From Nemertoderma westbladi (Eukaryota; Animalia; Xenacoelomorpha), in NCBI GenBank assembly GCA_032718475.1, contig JAUCBJ010009149.1, positions 1 through 64,000 of the forward strand: a stretch of DNA of 64,000 bases. The letters run 5' to 3'. This document shows positions 1 through 12,419 of this stretch, one piece after another. Under the pieces are notes generated by a model. The model saw nothing but the letters and a program-made list of their open reading frames with translations, was not told the DNA's origin and searched no databases. The translations under genes were made by a program, and so were the position numbers. Within the stretch, counting starts at the first letter, position 1; every line of letters begins with the position of its first letter.

Positions 1-1086
1 TTCGACGGCTTAATCTTATTGCTATGTAAGCCTAATGTATTATTCGACTGACAGTATTATGTAACCTCTGACAATATTATTCACCTTCGGGGAATATTAA
101 CAGTTCCTTTAGGACGTGGCGCTCTATCTATAAAAACAGAGTTATGACTTAAACTACTCACAACGATATGGCTTAGTTATAATTCACATATATGGCGCAT
201 TCTTTAGGAAATGCTTCGTTATCAGTCTCACTCATACACAATGCTGCACAATACTGCACACTAATCTGCCGATCTTCACTGATTTTAGTCACATATAAAA
301 GGAACACAGACCGACTCATGTAGGGTCTATCAAATAACATTAGATTCACTTCAAACCACTTTAACATAAGTCACAATCGTTATATGTAACCTGTCTCTCT
401 TACCTTCTGTATATCAAGAATATTGGGTTTTCGGGGTTATTTATCGTTATTCCAAATATAATAATTCATCAACCATATTATGAAGAACCGACAGTAAATA
501 GCAGTATAACAATATAAAAGTATGCACAGGTATATTAGATTAGGTATGTTGCGTTGATTGAGTATGGGCCAGTTAACCAGTGGCCAGTGAGATATGGTCA
601 GGTTTGGTTTGATAACGGATATATGTCCTTATAATTAAGCCTACTAGTGTTAGGCTAAAACAGAAAAGCACAAAATATTCCCAAGCCGCTCTCTCCTGGC
701 TCAGGACAGAATGTAAACACTGCCCATAATGCATTGCGTGATTTCTAGGAAATTTCTGTACAAGAGCCATAGAAATGCTCTGATTGGCTGACTGAACTAA
801 GAGATGCCGTAGAACAAAGAAAATCGACACGTATGAATATCAGCTGTTAACCGTCGTCATAGTAACTACTGTTCAAGAGTAGCTATCACCCTTTGCGTCA
901 CGGAATTGCCATAGAATCATCAACTATGCCTTCCACAGTACACATACGGAGGAAATAGCTCTTAGATCCTCTAAAAAACACCGATACAGCAATAATACGG
1001 TCTCTTACACCTATTAAATCAACTACAGAGTATTTTAATGTAAAAAATAATAAAAATAACGGGGCAATTCAGCAAAGGCTTTTACA
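1..1086 (-). mobile_element. BEL/Pao LTR (5' or solo LTR of a minus-strand element; cut by the window edge)
   Basis: Closely similar to 26315-27384. Begins TGTAAAAGC on the minus strand at 1086, like the LTR at 11147. No PPT lies next to it. Confidence 0.85.
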
Positions 1087-1155
1087 GTCGATTTATAAAC
1101 AAGAGGACACCTAAAATTGGCAGGTTAAACTGCTAAAGGTCTGAAAGCGCGAACA
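1087..1155 (+). repeat. 3' end of the 5' LTR of the plus-strand Pao element
   Basis: ggcaggttaaactgctaaaggtctgaaagcgcgaaca matches the LTR ends at 12381-12419 and the reverse complement of 26155-26191. Confidence 0.8.
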
Positions 1156-2668
1156 ATAATAGATTTTCTAGATTCTTTATTGCACCGTAGGCAATAAAGT
1201 CGAAGGTACCGGTCGAACGGTAAGCTGTAGGCCTAACTGCCCAACTACCCGAACCGGTACTTACAGGTACAGCAGTATTATTCGATTTTGATAATTATAT
1301 ACCGGTAGGTCTTGATATTTAATCAGGGACTGCGCCCTGGTTTTTTATTGGGATTTTACTTATTTCTGTCAGTTTTATTTATTTGTAAGTGTAATATTGA
1401 GCAGAAGGCGTGTAAGCCTGCTCAGATTGTATAAATAATTTGTAGGCTGGATTGTTGTCTGGCTGTTGTTAAGTCTGAAGAGATTGCAGTGTGTGTAGAG
1501 TGTATGTCCGATAAAGTACTAGTTAGGAAGGTGGGGGCATCCAGTGCTGTAAGGTAAATCCCCCCCGAAAGAATAAGTCGTACTACTCGGTTAGAACGCA
1601 TACTAACTAACCATTTCGGAGTCTGCATATACTGTAGTTTATTTAGGCTTGATAGTAGTCTGCCAGCGTTTGGTTTGTATTTTGTTTGTGTAGTCTGCAC
1701 GGGTAGCGTAATATTTATTATTCAGAGTCTATGCGAGTATTCGCAACATACATAACTCCCCAAGTTTATTCCTACAGTAATTGTGCTTGTTATACATACC
1801 GTTATAGTTAAATTAACCCCGGTACTACATCAGGGCTGCTTGGCGTAGGTAAAGACTGGTGATTTTATGCTCTAGTCACTCCAGCAGATACCGTGGTTCT
1901 TTTAGCTGTACAAGTATTTTTAACTGCTGGTTATTTGTTGTATAAGTACTTGTACCTAATTTAGGGTTTAGTGTACAGTACTTTCCGAAGGTAATTAGTG
2001 TGTAGGCAGTATATTTGTGTTGTAAAGTGGTTAATAGGCACGTTAGCTCTGGTTGGCTGCGGTAATTAACTTCTAGGTAAGAACACTCCGGGTACATAAC
2101 GTAGTACTTATAGAGCTGTACAGCTAAAGACTATAAGTCGTCAGACGGTGGTATTTTCTTATCTGGACAACGCAATTTATTTACTACTGCTTAATTATTT
2201 TCAAATACCGTAGTATCCTGTCCGTTGTAATAACCAGAAATTCTAACCCCTTGTTAGGCTGGTTTGTAGATTTCCTGTAAAATTACCCTAAAATTTGTAC
2301 GTGTAATTTTTGTGTTTATTTAGAGATTGTAATCTCACCCCGTAATTGTACGTAATTTGTAGTAATAAGTAACTTAGTCAAGTAGAATTATTTGTTTTAG
2401 TGTCCAACAAGTAGCACTTCACTGAGAGCGTTCAGCTTCTGTGTAGTGACTCCTTACCAGAAATAATAACATTTATTTCAAATATTGTCAAAAACCCATT
2501 ATAAGGGTATATATATATTATAAATCAACTCAAACCGATTTATAAAATAGTAGGCCTGTCATACATCAATTAGGTCTTAATATCAGTTGGACTACTGCTT
2601 AATAACAGTAATAAAGTAAAGAAAAGTAACCCTAAAATTCAGAAATTCAGTTATTATAAAATAATTGA

Positions 2669-2922
2669 CATACCGGTATTTACGATAGGCTTATTATATT
2701 TATTTCTATAAATTTATGCTGAAATTATATACCGGTATTCTGTAATTAATTCTAGTCTATAATTATACTTATATATACTATAAGTGTAAGCTGTATACCG
2801 GTATTCACGGTAGGCTTATTATATATTTATATATATTTATGCTGAAATTATATACCGGTATTCTGTGACAAACCCTAGTCTGTAATAATACTTATATATA
2901 TACTATAAGTGTATACCGGTAT
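2669..2922 (+). repeat. ~125-bp direct duplication in the retrotransposon leader
   Basis: taccggtatt...ggcttattata...tttatgctgaaattatataccggtattctgt...tatactataagtgt starts at both 2671 and 2796. Confidence 0.8.
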
Positions 2923-3060
2923 TCTAATATATTGTATATATATCACGTTACATTGAGTAACGATATCGGTAATTAATTACTAGGCTAACAGTTGATACTG
3001 AATTACTAGACTTGCTTTAACTGTCGTTATAGTAGTAGGCATTCAACTGTACAATCAAAC

Positions 3061-6000
3061 ATGGCTGACACAAAGCAAACTCTGTCAGATAGTCTCCTAG
3101 AAACAACAGTCTGCGACTCCGACAGGAGTGCCGAACATTTGAGACCGAAGTTCAAGTCCCCTCCTACTGTAAGAAAGGTCATCCCTCCAGTAGTAGTATC
3201 AGACCCTAGGCTAGTAAAGCACCGTAGGTCTATCATAGGCACTCGGGCTCAAGTCAAGCGGGACCAAGAGGCAGCTGTTAAACAGCAGCAACACCCGAGC
3301 CGAGAACTTATTTCTCAGCGGCCCGATAGCTCCAGTAGTTCAGATACTGTAGAGTTGACACCCGAGCGCGGAGCAAAGATGGCAGAAGCAGTTTATTCGG
3401 ATCCACTTCTCATTCTTCCTGAAGCCGTACTCACTAGAGTATTGATTGCGGTGGAGGAACATCAAATCGATTGGGCGAGAAGTAAGCGATCGACCAAGGA
3501 CAGTTATGCGGGATACACGAAGGAGGAACTGAAGTCTATTGTCGAGACGCAATGGAACTTCCCCGGACCCGGACTCCCGTTTAACTTATCGGAAGCTGCC
3601 TGGGAGGACTTATACAGGATGGGAGTGGTAAAGGACACTAGAGATCCAGCTGTGTGGAAGAGGTCGGCAGCAGGATATGTACAGGGATTCTTCAGCTCTT
3701 TGGAGCGATTAGAGGAACAACTGTTTCAACAACCCCAAGGACCTCAAGAGCAGGGAGAGCTGCTTTATCAAGTTCGAGAACGTATCCTAAGAATCAGACT
3801 AATCCTATCGGCCTTTGAGGAAGCTTCGAAAAGAAGCCAAGACACGTCGTTGCAAGTTGCCGTAAAGACTTGGTTCCAACGGGTGAGTCTCAAAGTTCAA
3901 GGAACGACCCAATGGAAAATTCAGCTAACTGAGCGCTCAACCCACGGAGAATCAACAGACGCTACCTTTTCTCAAGTGGAAAGCGAAGCGACATTAGAGA
4001 AACCTCAGAAGAAGGACGCCATTGACATCTATCTGTCGGACTATCAACGATTTATAGGTGACAAAGAGTTGAGGAGACGGCTGGCTGGACTTCACCCTAC
4101 TAGTGAAGGAGCCAAATTTGTGTTAGACGCATTAGATGCGGAAATGTTAGCCGCAGAGCAGGCTAAATTTGATGAAAGCATCCTCCTCGCTAGGGAACAG
4201 GAAGAACAATTAAAGAAAAAACGGATAGAAGACAGAAAGGTAGCAGCAGCGGCAGCGGCAGAAGTTCAAAGAAAGGCGGCAGCTGCAGCGCAGCGGCAGA
4301 AGCTGAAAGAAAAGCGGCAGCGGCAGGGCAGAGCTGAAAGAAAGCGGCAGGCAGGGCAGAAGCGGCAGCGGCAGAAGCGGAAAGAAAAGCGGCAGCGGCA
4401 GAGGCAGAAGCTGAAAGAAAGGTAGCAGCGGCAGAAGCGGAAAGAAAAGCGGCAGAGGCAGTGGCAGCAGCAGAACGGAGGGCATCTGAAGAGACAGTCC
4501 AACTAGAGTTGGAAAATCTTCAAGAGAAGCAAGATTACTTCAATAAACAAAGAACAGCTAAGTATATGCAGATGATAAGTCGATCTACTCCCAAGAGACA
4601 GGGATTTACATCATCTGATGAAGGCGATACAACAGATCCTGAAGGCGGAGGAAATAGATCTCGTTCCAGCAGACGTAGAAGAACGCCTCACCATCAGAAA
4701 TTGCCTAATTTGCCCCCAGCTGTGAGAAGGCAACTAGCTAGTGCAGACTTAGGTAGTACAGAACCCACAGACCAAATTATTAGAGTAGAAAGACTCCCTA
4801 CTATAGTAGATGAGCCTGAAATAATTAGGCCTGTTCTCGAAGCCACCCCTTCTGTGATAGAGACCCCTGTACTTCCAGAACCTAACTCTAAATTCCCTTT
4901 GCACAGTACTAAACTACCTGTACCCAGTAGGACTGTTCCAGAGTCAATTCCAGTCCTGGACGCCGAGCGAGACATTAACGATTTATCGCCCGTCGTCCCT
5001 CGTCTACCCGCTACTATGTTGGCGGCTCCCGCTTCGGCGGTAGAGTGGGTGGATGAGGGACGGCGGGGGATGGATCTCCTGCTCGGGCAGATGGAGGGAA
5101 CACGTTTGCGTTCCTCCCAGCAGGTCCGAGAGATGGAAGGGACTGTTCAACAGTTAAAGGGAACAGTAAGAGAGGGTAGGTTAGAGTTGCAAGAAGTGCA
5201 GCAGAGTATCGCGTTAGAACGCGATAAATTAGTAAATATACAAAGGGGTATACCACCACCCCCTGTAACAATGTGTCAACCTGTTAGGTCTGAAGTATTT
5301 CATGCGCAAGGTGTGGAGCCTACACGCATCTATACTGCTAGTGAAGTAGAAACTCCTATAGTAAACCCTATTAAGGGTAACGATAAACCTGTTGATAATG
5401 ATATTCCATATAGACCTGATCATAATCCGAGAAATTTATATACCGATAACTCGATATTAAATAATACGATGGCCCAAGAAAGTTTTACGCGTCAAATGGC
5501 TAGAACCGAAGCCCGTCAAGCGGTAAAGGTGGGAGAGATCGTCAAGTTCAACGGAGATGAGATGAAATGGTTACCTTTTAATGAATATTATAAAGATAAC
5601 ATACAGAACTCTGTGCTATCTAACGGAGAGAAACTTAGATTCCTCATCGAGTGCTTGGAAGGATCTCCCAAGTTAATGGCGTTAAAGTTTATTGGACATC
5701 CAGATGGATTAAGACAAGTTTGGGATACACTAAACATCAGGTATGGTAATAGGAATAACATAGCTAGGTATTTGTATGCGAAATTGGTAGCGCCCCGAAA
5801 GTTTCTTAGCAGCGGGATTATAGAATTTTCCGATGAGATCCAGGAGATTTGTAGACAATTAGATTGGCTAGGTAAGTCTCATGAATATCAGAGTTCTATG
5901 GTTATTGGAGCTGTAGCATCTACCTTGCCAAAGGGTGGAGTGGGTACTCGTTGGGACAAAAGAGTTCTATATATGATGGAACAACAACGAAGAGACCCTA

Positions 6001-7193
6001 CCATGGCTGATCTCATGTCATTCTTAGATGGAGAGGTAAAATTACAGCTCCTAAAGCAGTCCAGAGAGAAGACACCGGAAAATAAGGTAAGTGAGAAACC
6101 CGTTTCTAGGAGAAAGGTAACACCAGTGTGTTATACAGACGACGGCGAAAGCCAGGCCTCTCAAGAGGAGAACAACGGGAAAGACACCGAAAGATCTTAC
6201 TATGTCAACAAAGCGCCTAAAGACGTAAGTAAATTTAAGTCTCGAACTAGTGACAGGAGAGAACAGGTAACAAAAACTCCTCCTACGTCTCCTAAGAGAA
6301 TTCATGGAAGAAAGCCCGAGGAAAGAACGAGTGTGCACAACACTACCCAAGGTAAAGTAAGTAACATCAAACCAAAATGTGCATTGTGCGACGGGCCCCA
6401 CCGTTTAAGTGTGTGTGATGAATTCTTAAAGAAATCCCTAAAAGATAGACGTGATGTCATGTGGGATAAGCGGTTGTGTTATAATTGTCTCAGACAAGGA
6501 CACCAACGGCGAACCTGTTACTCCGATGCGAGGTGTGCTAAGTGCGGCGCGAAACATCATATCTTGTTGCACACCGAATTTGAAAGAAACAGCCCGAGTC
6601 AGGTAAGTGAGTCCGAACTACATGTCCAATTCAGTGATGTGAACGACACTGACCAAAGTTCTGAGATGGAAGGATTCTACACGGACGAATTCTCCGACGA
6701 AAACGAATCCTGTTATCTGATAAACACCGCGGTGTATCGAGCGCTTACGTATGAGACTGAAACCGATAGCGAGCTCACCCTAACTATTCCTGACCGACAA
6801 CCATCTTGGAAAGCGCCAACTTCCAACGTAGGAATCCGGGAATTTCCCGTAGTGCAGTTGAGAGTCCACGGGTTAAATAAGAGCTTTATAGTGAACGCCC
6901 TCCTTGACTCCGGCAGCACAGGAACATTCATCGACAAAGAACTAGCCGAAGACATCTTTGCTGGACAACCCAAGTTCCGAACTAAGTTGAACCTTTCAGG
7001 AATTATGCAGGTTTGGAAATCTACAGTAGCTACAGACTACTATGTAGGCGCGTTGTCCACTCCCCAGGATGAACTAGGAGAACACAGTATAAGGTCAGTA
7101 AAAATGGTGGCGATAAAGAACTTTGCTACCAGCCAAGTGGAACCTTATAACTGGGATGAAGACGATTTCACCCAGCAGCATGAGATACCCTAG
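3061..7193 (+). pseudogene. gag: BEL/Pao Gag-protease polyprotein with a 1-bp frameshift near 4290 (ORFs 3061-4425 and 4461-7193)
   Basis: DUF1759-like FNGDEMKWLPF...LSNGEKLRFL; Pao triple zinc knuckle CALCDGPHRLSVC / CYNCLRQGHQRRTC / CAKCGAKHHILLH; aspartic protease ALLDSGS. Confidence 0.9.
4237..4478 (+). repeat. ~27-bp tandem repeat in gag (AAAAEAERK units)
   Basis: gcggcagcggcagaagc(t/g)gaaagaaa repeated about 7-8 times. Confidence 0.85.
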
Positions 7194-8122
7194 ATTCAAC
7201 ACCGACTACCCAGGGGTACAAATACTCATCGGCCAAAATGCGCATGAGGCGCTTGAGACATTAGAGAAACGGCCTGCTCGACCGCAACCATTGCAAACCT
7301 ATGCGGGAAGAACTAGAGTAGGTTGGTACTTCACTGGACCTTCCCGTAGGACACTCATGGAAAGGCTACCTAAAGATCAAGTCCATCAGGTGAGTGAATG
7401 GGAAGAAGAAATCAGTGAGGGAGAGACACACAACTGAGGGAACACCATACTCCTCAGATAATGACGATATTAACTCTAATGTAGATCAATGGAGACATTG
7501 CCTTGGGACGATTAATCCAGCCGACATCGCTTCCAGAGGAGCAACTCCTCAAGAACTGATAGATACTCCAGACTGGTTAGGTGGACCCGACTTCCTAAGT
7601 AAAGAAGAGGATGAATGGCCTCCTCATCTCACCACGGCTGAGATTAGACAAGCCAAGGGAGCGGAGAAAGTCAAACCTAAAACCCGGACGAGTAAATCAA
7701 AGTTATTTAAACCCGCGATTGATCTGTCTGTACTACACATTTCAGGGGACGACGCTGTGGGTCTAAACTCCCCCGCCACAAATAACTCTGTTGTGGAAAT
7801 CAGAGAAAGAGACTGGAAATCTGGAACACCAGACGTCTCGCAGGGACTCTCACCTCTCCTGCAGGGAGCGATAAACCACTATAGCTCCTGGAATCGGCTT
7901 TGTAAGGCCGTCGTGTATTTGAAGCGATGTTTCTATCGTCACTATTCCAGGACGAAGAAGAAACCTGGAATTGTATTCGAAACGCAGCAGCTCAATCGCC
8001 CAGTTGGTCGTTTATGTTTACTGGAAAGAGACAGAGAACTGTCCGGAAACTATGGAAGGCAAGATACTCTTCCCACGACCACCTCCCTAATCCAACAAAC
8101 ATCTAGGGACTCCCCAACGTAA
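7194..8122 (+). pseudogene. pol remnant with RT/RNaseH and integrase deleted
   Basis: Protease tail, then QWRHC..NPADIASRG, then the C-terminal LNRPVGRLCLLE. Colinear with the minus-strand pol apart from two large gaps near 7480 and 7955. Confidence 0.85.
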
Positions 8123-8373
8123 TAGCGTCTGGAGTGGGTGTGTGACTATATTATTTTATATGTTTTTATTATTTTTATATTTATGTATGTATTATTATGT
8201 AATTTTATAATAATCGTTTTCTTTAATTTTATTTAGTAGAATGTTATTTTAGCGATTATTTAGTAGATTAGTGCAATATATATTAGTCGTTTATTACTTA
8301 ATTACTTATATTATATATTTAGTGCAACGGCGAGAAATAATTATTTTTCTCTTTCCTTACTGTCCGTATCATA

Positions 8374-8463
8374 TTATAAATACGTGACTACAGTAAGATG
8401 AAATGTCCGTACTTATTAAAGTACAATAAAGCTCCTACTATATTCAAGTATTATTGGTAAGTA
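8374..8463 (+). promoter_or_regulatory. Putative internal promoter/short exon for the extra ORF (TATAAATA, ATG, GTAAGT donor)
   Basis: Conserved with the reverse complement of ~28977-29065. The conservation stops at ttg|gt(a/a)(a/g)gt. Confidence 0.45.
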
Positions 8464-8674
8464 GAGTATTAGGAATGCAAAGTTCAGATCCTCGTGTCTC
8501 GGCTAAACCAAGCTCTGGGTAGACCTTGGAAACGACTTGCCTCTTCTCACTGACATTGCTTCTTGCAATATTGCTCTCATACCGTATATTAAATAATACA
8601 TATAGTAGCGTGATGTCCCTTTAACAGTAGCGTAAAACGCAAAATAAATCTGTTAAACTTTTGACCATCTGTAA

Positions 8675-8950
8675 TTCTAGTCGATTAAGATATCGTGGCA
8701 CCCACCGATATACTTGAAAGACAAATTCTAGAATCAGTGGTTAACGTCCCCAGACAAGTTCTGGAATAAATCGGTGCCCATCTTAAATATTAATTTAATA
8801 TTTATTAAAATCTGTCAAATTCAGATCCTTTAAAATTTCTAGTTAATTAAGATATCGTAGCACTTACCGGTATTCTTAAAAGACCATTTTATAGAATTAA
8901 GGATCTTATGTCCCCAGATATGTTCTGGAATCAAAATTGTGTCAATCTTA
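8675..8950 (+). repeat. Diverged ~162-bp direct duplication
   Basis: ttctag..ttaagatatcgt..tccccaga..gttctggaat occurs at 8675 and 8837. Confidence 0.65.
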
Positions 8951-9770
8951 CCATCAAATAATAAAATTCACGGGAATAAATTTAAAATTCATATTTTATG
9001 AATTTAATAAATTGTCATTTTGCACAATTTCTAATATTCCCAAAATTCCACTAATTAATAGATCACGGGAGCGGAGATTAATCCTATTGAGTGTATTAGA
9101 GTGCAAGAATCTCCAACATATAGTCAATAGCCGACAAAATTCATAAAATCATGTATAAAGAGGATCTTGACAATTAAAGACTTACTATCAAACAGCATCC
9201 CAGATCTGTATGCATGAGAATTACCCTAATTCTACCGCTAGCTTTACATAATGTCACCATAGCAACACCCACGCTAGAATTAGAAACGAGTTAACAGAAT
9301 TAGAAACGAGTTAACAGAACAATAGAAAGCTTGCCCATTGCCTAGCATAGTGATTACATAGCACACTGTTGGTATCCAAGGATACACAATAACAACGTGA
9401 CATTTTGGAAAGCACTGACTAACGGACAAGTGGCCTGTATGATTGTAGTTGGTAGCTGTTGTGTGGAATTTGTGCGTTTGTAGGTGAATGTTACTGCTAA
9501 AGTGTGTTTACCGTAGCTAGTCGCAATTGTAAAGTAGCCCAACTCTCCCATAGCAAGAACCTCAAGTGATTTCAAGACTTTGGGACGGACAGTGGAGTGA
9601 CTTGTGCCGGTTATCGTTGTCGTGCTGTTGCCACAACGTTGGCGTAAACACGCGACAACGGTGCATCGGCGCTGAGGATCCCACTGTCCGGGGGCAGAGA
9701 GGGGTAGGCAGCGACGCCTGCTCGCCTAAAGCCAAACTCCTTCTAATATTGGTAAACTCATATAACAGAT

Positions 9771-11068
9771 ATGACGGAGTTGATAGAAGATGATCTTGGT
9801 ATTAGAGAGGGATATACTCTACCTTTACAAGCGTTTGTGGATAGCTTGATACGCGGTGAAGCTGATCCAACTACTACCGAGGACGATGGTAGTTATATCG
9901 AACCACCTATGTCCCAGGAGCAACTTGCGCGTGGGTTGGACTGTAGCAAGTTCACCGCTCGCTATACGCATATTAATGGTATATATATGGACTTCTTAAC
10001 TACCTGCTATTCTATCGACTTACACGATACGGACTATGTCAACACAAAAGGGAAATGGTATTATTTAAATATCCTACCCAGCGGAGTCGTAACAATGAAC
10101 TTAAATTCGAATGCGAAAATTCTATGCGAAGTCTACGCGAAAGAAAAGACGTTCAAGAAGCGGATAAACGCGGTAACTCCAACGTATATTTAGAATTCTT
10201 GAGAGAAGCATTGTAACACCAAATAAATATCACTCGCGTTTCCCCTACAAGACGTGTGTCTTGGTATTATTACGATGAATGCCTAAGACCAACCAACAAA
10301 CGGAAAGACATAAACGTCAACGGAGACGAAGCTTTAAACACGGTTTGCTCGCTGTGTTTGCGGGAGTTTCGAGAGAAACTTGTTCGATGTGTCACCCACG
10401 CTTTCTCGGCTCGGGCGATCCTTGAGTAGACCTATGATCTGAGTTCCTGAATGCTCGGTCAGACCTCCTCCTTCCTTAGTTAGACCTCGGACTCTTGATC
10501 CTAATAGTATCGCGGATCCTCATGAACTGTGCTTACCGTTCCGAGATCCAGTGTTGCCCGAGCCGTTGGTTGGTGGCACTCAGGTTAATGGCTCCCTAAA
10601 TATCCGCCTATCTTACCTGGCCGGATTGAGGCACGGACACCCGTTGTTGCCATTCAACCGTGTAATCGGGATCGTTCCCGTTTAACCCGCTACCACCCGT
10701 CATCAAGGTAGAGGAGAGCGTTGTCCGAAACGAGTTAGACGCTATTCCACAAAGATCAGGAAAGAAACCTGCGTTTGTTCAGATAACTTAAACTAATCTC
10801 TAAGAAGATATCGAACTTGGACGACTCTATTCTCCGCGAGATTTTTGGACGAATGTATCCACCGACGAGCAGAGGAAAATCAGCTCGAGGAGAAGCATAT
10901 CGAAACGGCGGATACCCCGACTATAAGCCTGCACCCTCTGATGCAATTATATTGCACCTTTCACCCAGGAGTTATAGCCCTCCTTGTAAAGTGGTTCGCC
11001 CCAAAGAGAAAAGGACTCTGGCCAGCTTTAAAAAACTGCGTAAACGCCGTCCGCGCAAGAAAGACTAA
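9771..11068 (+). pseudogene. Degraded extra ORF (ORF3 position) of the plus-strand Pao element
   Basis: Broken ORFs 9771-10193 and 10817-11068. The last ~50 aa (PSDAIILH.SPRSYSPP..RRPRKKD) match the ORF at 27463-28971. Confidence 0.6.
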
Positions 11069-11146
11069 CGGTTTAGAGTATTTATGTATATTAGAAACTG
11101 TGATCTCGTATATTTTATAGACTTCAATCCCATTTTCTGGGAGCGG

Positions 11147-12419
11147 TGTAAAAGCTTCTGTGGGATGCAACTGGTCCTTCGCCCCGCGATCCAGTTTTCC
11201 CCCCATACGCTGAAATACTCTGAAACCTGCTGTAAAAGCGTTTACAGATATAATTGGATCCCCTAGCCCTCGGGGTGCTGTATAAGTGTTTTTAACGGAC
11301 ATAAAATAGATTCTTCTGAATGTGTGCTTTATGCGGACGTAGCAGGGTACACAACCCCGCAATGCGGCATTTCACTGTCACTATGTCAAGGGAAGGATTC
11401 TGATTACGACATCTCCCAGCTGGATGATGACGTGGAGGGAGCTCTCATTGGACTCCTGGTTCCTTTGTTTTGGTCTAACAACCAATCAGGGCGATTTGCG
11501 TTTTCCTTGAAGAGATACCTACAGCAGCTCCCAAACTCAGTGTTTATGTCGTTCCATACTGCCTGAAGATCGGCTGGAATGACGCAATGTTTCTGCCTTT
11601 TTATAAGAACATTAGTAGGCTAAATTATAGAAAGCATAGCTATTATCGATTCAATCAACTCGATTCATATCACTTTATATCGATCTTAATTCAATGCAAT
11701 CTAATTATATCTTAACCTACCGTCATACTGCTTTTACTGTTTGTAATTTGTATCAGTATAATTGGATGTTATTAGTTGAAGAATATCAATAATCAACCCA
11801 CATTTTCCCAATATCTTTGATACACTACAGGTTAGAGAGAAAGGTTATGTACAACAATTGCGACTTTATTATTGTGTTTGTAGTGAATCTAATGTTGTTT
11901 GACAGACACTACCTGAGTCCAGTGCATATCTCTTTATACCTGATCAAAGTCAGTAACTGTCGGCATATCAGTGAGCAGTGTTGTGCGTTACCGGTAGCGT
12001 GCGTGATTGTAAAGTGATTGGATCTGATAATAAAGCATTCCTAAAGAATGCGCCCTATGCTTGAAATTTAAGCCATATCGTTGTGTGTAGTATCAGTCAT
12101 AACTCTGTTTACATAGGTAGAGCGCCACGTCCTAAAAGGAACTGCTAATATTTCCCGAAAGTGAATAATATTTGTCAGAGATTATATATTAGTAATCAAT
12201 CGAATAATACAGTAGGCTTGACCGCAAATAAATTTAAGCCCACGAATCCAGTCTCCCGGTGTTATAAACGGGTCATTTGGACGCGCATGGACTGGCTTCG
12301 GCTAATGTTTTTGGTTTGTTTTTGTATTAAATCTTGTCATCTTATAAAAGGCAGTTTATCAATAAAGACATATAAATTTCGGCAGGTTAAACTGCTGAAG
12401 GTCTATAAAAGCGCGTACA
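11147..12419 (+). repeat. 3' LTR (1273 bp) of the plus-strand Pao element
   Basis: TGTAAAAGC...GCGCGTACA termini; preceded by the PPT-like ctgggagcgg; 3' half homologous to the other LTRs. Confidence 0.85.

Larger units (their letters stand above)
1087..12419 (+). mobile_element. Non-autonomous, internally deleted BEL/Pao LTR retrotransposon
   Basis: 5' LTR remnant ending gcgcgaaca at 1155, leader, gag-protease, pol remnants homologous to 29315-33220, PPT, and a 3' LTR TGTA...TACA. Confidence 0.85.

Noticed and set aside
4266-4502. Programmed gag frameshift, or Cys-rich antisense ORFs
   Set aside because: The break lies within a tandem repeat with no slippery heptamer; the antisense ORFs are repeat artefacts.
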